DNA of 64,000 nucleotides from assembly GCF_963921235.1 (NCBI RefSeq), contig NC_086107.1, positions 107,632,001 through 107,696,000 on the forward strand, in the 5' to 3' direction. Source of the stretch: Mobula hypostoma (Eukaryota). Under the pieces are notes generated by a model that worked only from the letters and a program-made list of their open reading frames with translations, was not told where the DNA came from and made no database searches. The position numbers were made by a program, and so were the translations under genes. Below, in pieces: positions 51,951-63,362 of the stretch. Each line of letters starts with the position of its first letter. Position 1 is the first letter of the stretch.

Positions 51951-53131
51951 ACACCTCTGTTTCATGGTGGTTTCTCCTTAAAGCTGTATTCTGTAATCCT
52001 TTTCTTCCTTGTGAATTCTATAGAACCTAAAATCCAGTGGTTCTATTTAGATATCCTATGTAAACGTTGCTATATGAGGGAATTCAAGTTTTCTTTCCCC
52101 TTTCCTGTCCTTAATGCAGTTGTCTGGTTCAAAGTGAAATATCTTACCCTCAAAGTTCTCTTCTAGTTAGGGGATCCCGACCTGAGGTTCACAGAACCTT
52201 TGTGTAATGGTATTAGTCCATGGTGGGGAACCCCAGTAGATTTTTTTCCCTTTGGTGTTTTTCCTCCATTCAGGTACTTCATCCCATTTAATGGTCCCTG
52301 TTTCCATCTGAGCATCCTCTGGAATACAGGGCTTGATGGCAGAAAAGGAGAAACAAAGACATTGGATAAAGAATGATCTTTGTGCTGATGTTGTTGAGCT
52401 CCTCGAGGATGATTAAGGGTAGTAATAATTAAAGACTGAGGAGCTGATCTCCAGCTACTTTTGGTAATGAGGGAGAAAATGCAACAGGCTTAGTAGGATG
52501 TTTAATCCTTTAGGGCTGCTTCGTTGTTTGGTAAGGTTGTGGCTAATTCTCTGCTGAAACTCTACAAATAAAAGCTTGGAGATTAGAGGGAATTGGTGGA
52601 AATCTTTGGAAATGTCTGGCTGCAACAGAAATAGAAGTAGGAGATATTTGACTTCCTGGAGGCAGTCATAGATCTGTTTGTTTCTCTGCCTTACTGCTTG
52701 GATGATATCACCACTCCAGATTTAAACACACATTCTGCAGTCCTGTGGGGTATGGAGAGGTGTGAGGAAATCATTCATAGATTTTTCTCCAAGTAAGGCC
52801 TGTTGATAACTGGACTTGTGCTGTTAGTCCCAGATGGATCCCATTTTCATCTTTCTGGCTCTATTCCATAAATTATTTGTGCATATGACTCGTGTTAATA
52901 TCTACTCAGTTAGCAATTTCTGAAATTATTTTCCTCTTTGAACTTCAAAAAAAGTTAGCATTTTGTATCCTTAAACAAATTTGCCTTGCATTAATGTGTT
53001 CCCTGTAAACTTGAGTGCATATTGAGTAATTGCTGAAAGATATTGTAAACATTAGTGGAACCTTGCATTCTTTATTTTCGTATACCTGAGTTTCTGCTGG
53101 CTAATTGTTCTCTAAACACTTTTTCCCTTAG

Positions 53132-53458
53132 TGCCCGAAGCGACGAAGCCAAGCCTAAGCCAGCCTCCAACTGCCACCTCAGTTGGCAGTGTTCCAACAC
53201 CAGCCGGCAACGGTGGTAACAATGCCAAAAGGGCGGTGGCCACCAACGGCCAGCCACAGAACGCCGCCCGCTATCTGCCCCGTGAGGTGCCTCCTCGATT
53301 TCGCCAGCAAGAGCACAAAGTGTTACTAAAACGTGGTCAGCCCCCTCCGCCTTCCTGTGGACTTCTTGGAGGTGGGGCGGGGCCTCCTGGGTTGCCAGGA
53401 TCAAACCCTGGCACTGCACAACCCAACGGTCCACTGCAGCACGGCAGTACACCAGTGG
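53132..53458 (+). CDS. TNRC6B: TNRC6B exon (327 nt): [12 protein letters not shown]...[29 protein letters not shown]
   Basis: Acceptor ttttcccttAG (53130-53131), donor GTaagt (53459), phase 1-1. Conserved TNRC6 motif [11 protein letters not shown]..HKVLLKRGQ. Lies in ORF 53131..53535. Confidence 0.95.
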
Positions 53459-54116
53459 GTAAGTGGATGCAGTTTTCAGCTTCTGATGTCTTATGGGAAA
53501 ATGCAAAAGCGATGATGGCACTGAGAAAATGGTGAACATTAGATTTCTCTTCCAGGTTGTTGCTTCACTGATTTTGTGTGAGTTGTACTGTAAAACTTTG
53601 TTTAATACCAGCTAATGCCCATGAGGGGACTTAATACTCTTCTGAGACAAGGTCATGCCACAAAGCAGAGTATAGTCCCTGTGTGAATGCCATTGGCACA
53701 ATACACAAGAGTCCCTTCCTCACTCTGAACAATTTCTGATTTTAGTATCAATTTATGGAAACACTGGATAGAAATACAGGACAGACCATGAATATAGAGC
53801 AGCCTTGATGCTTACTGCCTGCCGATGGAAAGTATTAAAAATCAAAGTCATAGCAGCTCATCTGTAACAGTGGTAGCAGCATGCTTCACACTGTTAAGTA
53901 TTCTCCTCTCCTGGGGTGTTTCTCTGTGTTCATTTCCAAGGGCCAGGGAATCATAGATATTTTCTCAGCTGCCCATTTTTTAAACAGTTAATTACAATGG
54001 ACAGTTGATGGGCTACTTAATTTGGTTGCCAGCATGAAACTTCATCAAAGCCACTGAATAGTTAGTAATATGAGGAAGCAAATTAAATTGTAATCAAGAA
54101 TGAGAAACCCATTGGA

Positions 54117-54231
54117 CCCAATCAAAGAGGTGGGTTGGATCTTCCGACAAGACACCGAGGAAGAGAGGAACCGTCCAACACTGCTGCTCCTGAATGGAAC
54201 AAGCAGCAAGTTGTCTGGCTGCTGAGACACT
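54117..54231 (+). pseudogene. Decayed intronic duplicate of part of the TNRC6B GW exon (copy of 57163-57279)
   Basis: Manual alignment gives 82/117 identical nt with a single 2-nt gap: PNQRGGLDLPTRHRGREEPSNTAAPEWNKQQ vs PNQRGGWEDPPRHQGWGEPSKATTSNWSKQQ. One Trp codon has become TGA. Confidence 0.85.
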
Positions 54232-55177
54232 ACATAGATGGTTCTTCCTTCATCCCAGAAACAGGGAGACTTGTGTGACATCTTTTGTCTTGGCTCACCT
54301 ACAGACTTGGCTGGGATCAGCTAATTTTCCATAAGCTAAATATCTTACCTGGATTATGTAGCCTGTTTAGTTCAGTGTGCTCCATGACACTACTCTTCTC
54401 CAGCTTCTCTATTCTAAGAGTTGCAATTTAAAAGAGACAAGTTGGGCAGGTATTATATTTCCCCATTTATCATTTCTGTTTGTTAAATAGGGTTTTGTAG
54501 ATCTTTATTCACTTTGACAGAAACATAGCAAACACCATTTTACACCGATTAACCTCATTTAAATGATGTGACCAGATCTGATCTGGAGTCTTAAGGAACC
54601 CAATTGGACAAACTGATTATAACTCTAAATTCAAATGTTCATGCCCTCGCCTTTACTGAGAGAACAGTAATCAAATGTCATGATTGCTGTGGTCACTTTT
54701 TCTCCTTTGATATAGCCAGATAGCAAAGATTTGTTAATGGAATCAATGTTCTGGACACTTGCAGTTGGATCAGAGTTCAGTTGGCTGTGCCCCTTGATAA
54801 TGCTTAAAATTTAATGGGTATTTGTCTCATGATGGTTCTTGGCAACCAAGATTTATTCTGGATTATTCACTTTTTTTTAAGCTTTCTTCAAGATGGTTTC
54901 AGGTTTCTTAAATCTATTGTATTCAACTCGGATATGAAAACTTTCATTGTTAATTTTTCCTTCTGTTTTCTTTTCAAAGACTGAAACATTAATTTTTGGT
55001 TGGTATTGGTCGATGGCCTGTTTTATCTTTGTTCCCTGTTTTTAATAATCCTGGAAGTATATTTTGTCAGTGTCAACTATGTTGAAAATAATTTTGAAAC
55101 ACTTATTCGAATAGATATTTACATTTTTCTCATTTAATATTTCAGGTGTTAGTTACATGTTTTGTTTTCTTTTGTAG

Positions 55178-57607
55178 ACACAAACCCTGGGGGTGCTGGT
55201 TCAAATTATGCAAATTCTCCTTGGGGTTCTGGATCATCCAGCACTGACCTCAACCACGGCTGGGATAAGTTAATCGTAGACGGGTCTGATATGGAGGCTT
55301 GGCCTTGCATCACAGGCAGAGACTCTGAGTCGGCTTCGGAACACATAGATAACGAAGGTGCCTCAAACCTTGGCTCTGAGAAGAGCCAGCCACCTGGAAG
55401 TGGCGCTGCCAGGAGTTGCAAAGGAGCTGCAAACCAGTTCGCTGCTGGGGGCGGAAAGAATGAATGTAAAATGGGGGCCTGGAACATGGGCCTTGTGCCT
55501 AAACCCAGTCACGCATCTTCCATCTCTTCGGAGAGCAAAGACGGACTTAATAATTGGAAAAACTTGAGCAGCCCCGATGGAGCTGGCCTTGGGTTGACCT
55601 TGAACCCAAACATCAACCCATCGGCCTGGCCAGTATTGGGCCAGGAGGGCACTTCTGGAAAAGGGACTTCGGAGACGGACATTTCGAGCTCCAGTGCACA
55701 ACTTAGTGCAGTAGGTCAAAGCCCTAGGGATCAGGATGGTACTTCTACAAGCGCCTGGGCAAAACAGTCTAAAACGGAAAATGCGGGTGTTACATGGAAT
55801 GCTTCTGTTGGAGAACAGCCTCAATTTCAAGCTCTTAACACTGATGGACCAAATAATGGCGACACTAACTCTTTGAATGCAAGCTCACAGAGCACTGGGA
55901 ACCCTTTACAAAATAAGGGAGTGTCTGAAACAACAGGGAATGGGACCTGGAATATGCCCTTAGGAATGGGTTTGGGAAACCCCTTGGTTTTGAATCAATC
56001 TGTGAGCACTGAAGCCTCATCCGAAGGCAGTATTAGAGGAACTATGGAGGGACGGGCAACTGGGGGTACTTGGAATACTGTTTGGGGGTCTTCTGGAACT
56101 GATTCCATTTCTGGACAAAATGGTACAGGAGCTGATGGCAATAATGGACGCAGTGGCGATGATGCAGCAAAGAATGGCTCTGGTGTGAAACAATTACTTG
56201 TGAATAGATCAAGGACTGAATCATGGGACAATAATGGTGGATCCTGGGACTCTGAGACACAAGACCCCAATAAAGCAAAAAACTGGGGTAAAGGGAACAG
56301 AACAGCATCTGGTAGTGCTCAGGGTTTGTGGGGTCAACAGCCAGGGACTGATAATCAGTCAGAAGGAGATTGGGTTGGCTCTGCTAAGGAACAGAATTGT
56401 GGCACAGGCGGATGGGACAATCACAGGGTAAATCCCCTCCCAGAAAACCAAGGAGAGAATGCCCAAATTTCCAACTGGGCAAAAGCCTCTAGTTCCACTG
56501 GGAGTGACTCTGGTAGTCGAAGCAACAACAAAAAGGGGGGCTCTGACAACCACCCAGGAGGACGGCGCTCAAACAAGGCTGATCATCCTGACCAAGAAGA
56601 AGTATTACAAAGTGTAATGAACAGGGCTGATCTAGACCCAAGAGTGCTGTCAAATACTGGGTGGGGCCAAACTCAGATAAAGCAGAACACAATTTGGGAT
56701 GTCCAGGAGTCGCCTAGGAATGAGAGGCGCACAGACAAAGGAACAGAAGGGTGGGAGAGCACTGCCACTCAGAGCTCTAACTCAGGGGGCTGGGGCGAAG
56801 GGCCCAGTCAAACCAGTCACTGCACCTCTGGGTGGGGAGATGCTCCGCAGTCTTCAAACATCGAGTGGAAGGATTCAAAGACTCCAAGTGGATGGGTGGA
56901 CCCAAAGAACAGTCAAGGTTGGGGAGGTGGAACACCAGAAGAGAAAACACCATCTTGGAATGATGGGCCTAGAATGAAGGAGCCAGGTTGGGGAGCAAGA
57001 CAGCAACAAACTCAAGGATGGCCGGCCAATAATGGCTGGGGTGATGGAAGTGGGCAACCAGCTGAACAACCAAAATCAGGTGGCTGGGACAGTTCAAACC
57101 CGAGATGGGGTGAAAGTGGTCGTGGTGATGTAGGATCTTGGGGAGGTGGTAGTAGTTCCAATCCTAATCAAAGAGGTGGGTGGGAGGACCCCCCAAGACA
57201 CCAGGGATGGGGTGAGCCATCCAAAGCAACCACTTCTAATTGGAGCAAACAGCAGGATGTGTCTGGTTCCTGGGGCACTGCCTCCAGTAGTAACCGACAG
57301 TCAGCACCAGGTTGGGGCTCGGCACCTGTGCCCATGCCTTCTTCTGCTGTTCCACCTGCAACCATCCCAACTTTGCCAAAGGAGGAAGAACCTACTGGAT
57401 GGGAAGAGCCTTCACCTCAGTCCATCTCCCGAAAGATGGAGATTGATGACGGCACCTCAGCCTGGGGTGATCCCAACAGCTACAACTATAAGAATGTGAA
57501 TCTGTGGGACAAAAACTCTCAAAGTGAGAGCTCTGGAAGTGGGCCGTTGCCTCGTGAGCAGAACGCATCAAATGCAGTTACAGGACGTGGCTCCACGTCA
57601 AGTTCTG
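55178..57607 (+). CDS. TNRC6B: TNRC6B large GW/WG-repeat exon (2430 nt), Argonaute-binding region including the Ago-hook-type motif EPTGWEEPSPQSISRKMEIDDGTSAWGDP (~57388-57474)
   Basis: Within ORF 55162..57768. Acceptor ttttcttttgtAG (55176-55177), donor GTaggc (57608), phase 1-1. Motifs WDKLIVDGSDMEAWPCI, NPSAWPVL, DLDPRVLSNTGWGQTQIKQNTIWD, YNYKNVNLWDKN; best fit to the B paralog as I recall it. Confidence 0.96.
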
Positions 57608-58424
57608 GTAGGCTATTGCTTATATATTCTTCCACTTTTTGCATTCAAATGTACAAGCAAGTTGTTGATTTGTATCAGACGTTCTGTGGCACATCACTTT
57701 ATGCAATTTGGGGGGCATTTAATGTACTCTCTACATTCATGGCCATGCTAATAAAGGTTAATCTTTGAGTCAATGCAGCATTGTTTCACCTGATTCCTCT
57801 GGAGGAGTTGTTAATTGAGGAATGATTGATCTGGAGATACTGGAGTAGTTTTCTAGAGTACGAGGTGATTCCATTGAGACATTCAATATGATGAGGGATA
57901 TTGACAGGGTGATGCTGAGAAATTGTTTTCCCATGGCTGGAGAGTCTAGCAATAGAGTATATTATCCCAGGATAATTAATTTAGAGATAGGTCGTTTCTT
58001 TGAGAGTTATGAGTCTTATGAATAAGTGGATGAGTGGTGAGGCCTGAGGGGTATGTTGTCTATACCTGTTCTTTGCATTTTTATTATATTTTGCTTTTGC
58101 AACAAAAAGAGGAGCTAAATCACTTGTTCTGGTGGATAAGTTGAGTCTTAAATTGCAGCATTTAAGTTTTACAGGCGAAGAAACTTCCATGTTTGTCTCC
58201 CAGAATTAATTATGTTATTTTGGCTGGGAAATGATTTGGTTAATGTTTCTAAGTTGATCCTTATCTAGTGAAGCCTTCTGGGGGAGCTGCCTTTCTGCAG
58301 AGATAAGTTTTGTCTGCCTTTCCTGTGAATGGTCTGCTAGTACCTGATGTCTAGGCTTGAACACGTAGTAGCAAGGTGGACAGTGAGGCATAGAGCTTCC
58401 AGTAAACTATATATCAAATTCAGA

Positions 58425-58629
58425 CAACACACATCAAAGTTGCTGGTGAACGCAGCAGGCCAAGCAGCATCTATAGGAAGAGGCGCAGTCGACGTTTCAG
58501 GCCGGGGTCTCGGTCTGAAACGTCGACTGCGCCTCTTCCTATAGATGCTGCTTGGCCTGCTGCGTTCACCAGCAACTTTGATGTGTGTTGCTTGAATTTC
58601 CAGCATCTGCAGAATTCCTGTTGTTTGTG
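58425..58629. mobile_element. Fold-back PLE-terminus insertion with the hammerhead CTGANGA box missing at the centre
   Basis: Arms 58425-58504 / 58511-58590 (1 mismatch), loop gggtct; TSD TATCAAATTCAGA (58412-58424) / TATCAAGTTCAGA (58630-58642); 39-nt tail on the right only. Confidence 0.9.
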
Positions 58630-59554
58630 TATCAAGTTCAGAGTAGGGATCAAACAGAATGTTCATCCATTGAGTGTTAGGATTTAATATTCCTTATCTT
58701 TGTAGAGTTAAGTTCCAAACATCATTACCTGATAATATAAATCTTGAGAAATGATAATGTACCGAGATGGTAAATGTCAGTTCTAATTATGGGTTCAGAG
58801 CTCACTATTACAACAAATTCTCAGATTCTGGGCTGATCCATCATTTGTTAATGTGCAACTGAACCTTGTTGACTGGGGAAATTCCAGACTGGGAATTCCA
58901 CATTGGGATAACCCTTGGGCCAGCAGGAGGAAAATCTGCCATCATAATCTGGTCTCCATGACGCTCTATTTTAAATAGAAGTTTAGAGAAGGACAGTGCA
59001 CTCTAAAACAAAAATGATTTACTCTTTTGGAATGGTTGTGTTTTGTTAGCTAAGACTGGAGTGCATTATGTCTTTTATTTAAAAAGTATTTGCATGCCAG
59101 CTTTATTGCTGCAGTGAAATATTGGTCAATTATGGGGTCTGTCTTTCTGTAAATTATTTTGGCTACAGTTGAGCAGACAGAGTCAACTTTGGGTCCCATG
59201 AAAGTGGCGCCAATTCATCTAGACTGGAGTGCAAAGGGCCAACACTCCTTTACAGCGCTGAGGTAGTTCTACCTTTCTTAGAATGCAGTTACCTAAGGCC
59301 TCACCTGCTTACTTGTGTAAAAGATCTCAAGGCAAAATTTTCAAGAAGAGATTGTGTCCTTGCAATACTCAACCTTCGTGCAACATTAGCATTACAACTT
59401 ATCCAATTATCTCATTTGATGTTTGTGGGGGCTTTCAGAATCAGGTTTAATATCACCAGACAACAGGAATTCTGCAGATGCTGGAAATTCAAGCAACATA
59501 CATCAAAGTTGCTGGTGAACGCAGCAGGCCAAGCAGCATCTATAGGAAGAGGCG

Positions 59555-59592
59555 CAGTCGACGTTTCAGGCCGAGACCCTTCGTCAGGACTA
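59555..59592 (-). ncRNA. Minimal type-I hammerhead ribozyme motif (antisense arm)
   Basis: Reverse complement reads TAGTC-CTGACGA-AGGgtctcggCCT-GAAA-CG-TC-GACTG. Confidence 0.78.
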
Positions 59593-59595
59593 ACT

Positions 59596-59633
59596 CAGTC
59601 CTGACGAAGGGTCTCGGCCTGAAACGTCGACTG
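59596..59633 (+). ncRNA. Minimal type-I hammerhead ribozyme motif (sense arm)
   Basis: CAGTC-CTGACGA-AGGgtctcggCCT-GAAA-CG-TC^GACTG with a perfect 5-bp stem I. Confidence 0.8.
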
Positions 59634-62589
59634 CGCCTCTTCCTATAGATGCTGCTTGGCCTGCTGCGTTCACCAGCAACTTTGATGTATGTTGCTTTAA
59701 TATCACCAGCGTATGTTGCAAAACTTTACAGCAGCAGTACAGTAAAATGCATAATAAATAAATACAGAGAAAACAAAACTCTGTGTATATTACAGTAAGT
59801 GCGAAAAAAAGAGATAAAAGATGCATTACTTGGTGTATTGGCTGTCATTTGTATTACAGTAGTGGTAATGATTCAAAAATAGTTAATTGCTCCGATGTGC
59901 TTTACTCTATTCTGTAAGGTATATGGAAGGTGACTTCTAGGATTTAGATCCTCACTTTTAGTTCACAAATTACTTAATGCGTCAAAACCATCTTAATTTG
60001 CATCAGTTACTTGGTAAACTGGATATTTTTTCCCAATTCTTAATACAAATTAGAAAATTTGATAACTACACATCACAGGGAGATCTCCCCCAGTGTCTTA
60101 GCATGAGTTGTGTAAGTTTTGTGCTTGTGATCTGTGCTGCTTTCAGAAATTTTACATATAATTGTCGCCCTTGTCTGTGTAACTACTTTATTCTGACTCT
60201 CCTGTAACCCTTTAAATTACAACTGCAGGAAGGGTTGGCAGCAGGTGCAGATTGATGCCGGGAAGTCCGAGTTGCAGTGTATGCACACACAGGCTTTTTT
60301 GTGTCCTACGAGCTGTACCTCTTTGCTGGTGGAAGAATTAATCTCTGAATTCCATATGCATGTTGTAGTTTTCTATCTCATCACACCAGACAACAGCAGA
60401 GATCCTGTTATTTTGAATCTGAGTTGTGATTTTAATGAAATGAGCTAACCATAATTGGAAAATTTGTGTTTAAATCTGAGTCAGCTGCTTACTTTGTGGG
60501 TTTCAACAAAACACAGTAGAACGTATTACTGATGCCTTCTTACTGGTCAGTGGAAGGTTTTTCAGAATAATAAAAATGTTATTAACATGGTTAGCTTTTA
60601 GTTGTGGTAAGCTGACATTCCCTGCAGCAATGCTCACATCTTTAAGCTTAAAATACATACAGAACCTTTGAATTTGACTGCCTTGGCTAAATGGAAAGAG
60701 CCTATCTTTCATGTAGCACGTGCTTGCCTGCGGTATTTGCTTTAACAATGGTGACCATTGCAAGCTGAATTTATTTTTCTGGTGTATTGTTCGCAGTTCC
60801 ATGGGGATACTCAACTTTGTTTTCCTAAAAAGATCAGCTCTCTGCAATGCAGTTGTGAGGCAGCAAGCAGGGTAACCCTTTATAAAGTGGAATGGAAAAT
60901 GAAACTGTTTGATTTCACCCATTGCCATACCATTTTTTAAAATCCTGTTTTGGGTTTGAAGGCATTGTAAGAAGAGTGTGGGTGTTGAATTAAGTCAACA
61001 TCTGTACTCCTTATTAATGTCGGACACATTGTGGTACTGAGTTTTCAGATTTTTATAATGCCTCAATGACTCTGAAAGGCTCACTTAAACAGATCCTTCT
61101 CTTTGCTCCACTACATCAGAGTGAATGCCACAGAACAGAGCAATGCTGCCTGAAGGGAGCTAGAGTGGGAGGATTAACAGATGGTTGTTGGTATTCAGGG
61201 CAGGACATATTGGAGAGAAGGAAAAATGTGAGTACAAATTCCTAGCTGAGGGCTCTGGATGAGGGTAATGCTGGCTAAGAGAAAGCTGGATCTTGAAGGG
61301 GAATGCCATATCAGAATGGCAGCACGTAGTAAGACAGATGTAGTAAATTCAACAGAAGTTATTAAGGATTGGAGGTTGGTATAAATATTAAAATTCCAGC
61401 AACTTAATTTGTCAGCATTCAAACGCTTTGGTTTCATTGGACTAAATGATATACAAATCTTAAATTGTGTTTAATTATTGAATACGAGAAGCAGATTTAG
61501 TTTCTGACTGCCATGCCCCACAGCTTTAGCTTCAATCTGCTCAGCTGAAATGTTGTTATTCCTCGCCACGCCTGTGGTGCATCGGGTGGTAACCTTGTCG
61601 CTTCTTTAGCATTTTTGTTTTGTGTGAAACCGAGTTGCTAGCTCGAGGCTCAACCCTGCACAGGTAGAAAACATGCAAGAAGCTGGCCAGCACTCGCCTC
61701 AAAGTCCAGTGTTGGTACCACTACGTTGCTGGCTGGACTCTGCTCACCTGAAAGAGCATTGGTTAAAGGCATGTCTGTAAGGCTAAAAACAGTGCTTCAT
61801 CTCCAAAGAGTCACATTAAAAAAAGTCACTTCAGCAAACTTCTCACCAGAAGGTTGCTAGGGTTCTCAGAATCATGTTGTGCTCCTTTGATAAGGAAAGA
61901 TTTCCCACAAGTGCTGCATTCAGTCCACTGACTCATTATGAAGTTGTATGACTAATGCAACAGTATCAAGAGATTATCCCACTGCTGACATACACCTGTT
62001 AGAGTATAAAATTGAATGTGTAAGAAATGAATTGAATGCCTACTATATCACAGTGGTTATTACAGAATGGAGTAAATAGACTTTAGAGCCGTGCCACACA
62101 AGTAGGGCAATGACTTGTTGAAAAATTCTAAAACTTTAAAATCCAGTAAAAGTTGGAATTTTACTCTAAAATTGCAATGAAAGGCGTTTGCCTGGAATAG
62201 ATTAGACACTTGCAAACACAGCTTGACAACAGGCTACATACTTTTATTTTGGAAGATTCTGGAATCACTAGAGTTTAGCTTCATACCATGACGCAGTTTT
62301 CCTGTCTATTGCTTAATCTTTCCAAACAAGGTGTCCAATTCAATACTGTACTAGTGCTTAGCTTCTGTAAGCTCGAGTAACTTAGTTAAATTACCGAGTC
62401 TTGGAATTTCTGATCACCTGCTGTTTATATTTATTTCATCAATTGAAACAATGAGCATGACAAATTGTCGTAAATTCGACTTTTAGGAATAATCCCAATG
62501 TTTTGTGTGACTAGGTTTTAAAAAATTTTTAGCTGTGCATAATTTTATCTTTTAATTCTAATTTTGTTAGCATTCTTTCAAGCAGTTGA

Positions 62590-63185
62590 TCTAGGCCTAT
62601 ACTCACTAGAGTTTAGAAGAATGTGGGGGTGAGGGGTCTCAATGGAATATTGAACGGTGCCATAGTAGTGTAATGGTTAGCGAGACCCTTTTACAGCTCG
62701 GGGCATCAGAGTTGGAAGTTCAATTCTGCCATCTGTAAGGAATTTTTATGTCCTCCCAGTGGGATGCGTGGGTTTCCTCTCATGTTCAGTGGTGTGGTTC
62801 ATTGTGCTCGAAGGGTCTATTCCATGCTGTATCTAAATTAAATAAAATAATTAACTAAACCTTGGTAGAGTGGACATAAAGAGGATGTTACCAGTAGTGG
62901 GGAATCTAGGACCACAGGGCACAACCTCAGAATGCAAGGCATCCCTTTAGAATAGAGATGAGGAGGAATTTTTTTTATCCAGACTGCCGCAAACAACTGT
63001 GGAGGCCAAGTCATTGGATATATTTAAAGCTGAGGTTGATAGGTTCTTGATTAATAAGGGTGTCAAAGGTTACTGGGAGAAGGCAGGAGAATGGGCTTGA
63101 GACGGATAATAAATCAGCCAGTGTTGAATAGCAGAACAGATTTGATGGACTGAATGGCCAGATTCTGCTCCTGTGTCTTATTTCT
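62590..63185 (+). mobile_element. CR1 3' fragment with a nested tRNA-derived SINE (~62655-62850)
   Basis: CR1 part homologous to 39235-39655; the insert has A-box-like tagtgtaatggttagc, B-box-like aagttcaattc and an A-rich tail. Confidence 0.7.
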
Positions 63186-63362
63186 TGCACTGGACTTGTA
63201 TACCTGATGGCTGCTGATCGGGGACCTTACTGTTCCAGTTATTTATCACCTTTGATGGTTGAGTGACCAGGAACCTATGTCCAGTGATTTTTTTTTGTTT
63301 GTAAATTAATTTACAAATTGCTTTAAATTTTGAGTTTTAACATGCCAAATGTATCTTTTCAG

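Larger units (their letters stand above)
59460..59695. mobile_element. Fold-back PLE-terminus insertion with intact hammerhead motifs on both strands
   Basis: Perfect 101-bp inverted arms 59491-59591 / 59597-59697 with loop AACTC; perfect 14-bp TSD TTTAATATCACCAG at 59446-59459 and 59696-59709; 33-nt tail on the left only. Confidence 0.95.

Noticed and set aside
55206-57751. Overlapping alternative-frame and antisense ORFs across the GW exon
   Set aside because: Expected shadows of a long GC-richer coding exon; no independent evidence.
55162-57768. 868-aa ORF as a single-exon gene
   Set aside because: The start is a TTG in a polypyrimidine tract and the last 53 codons are intronic; it is an internal TNRC6B exon.
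59169-59262. Open AG...GT segment (VEQTESTLGPMKVAPIHLDWSAKG...) as the missing cassette exon
   Set aside because: Not frame-preserving (phase 1 to 2), weak donor, no similarity to the TNRC6 motif.
28784-59826. Recurrent short ORFs MLVNAAGQAAS(L/I)GRG as a small-protein family
   Set aside because: They are antisense translations of the non-coding PLE terminus.
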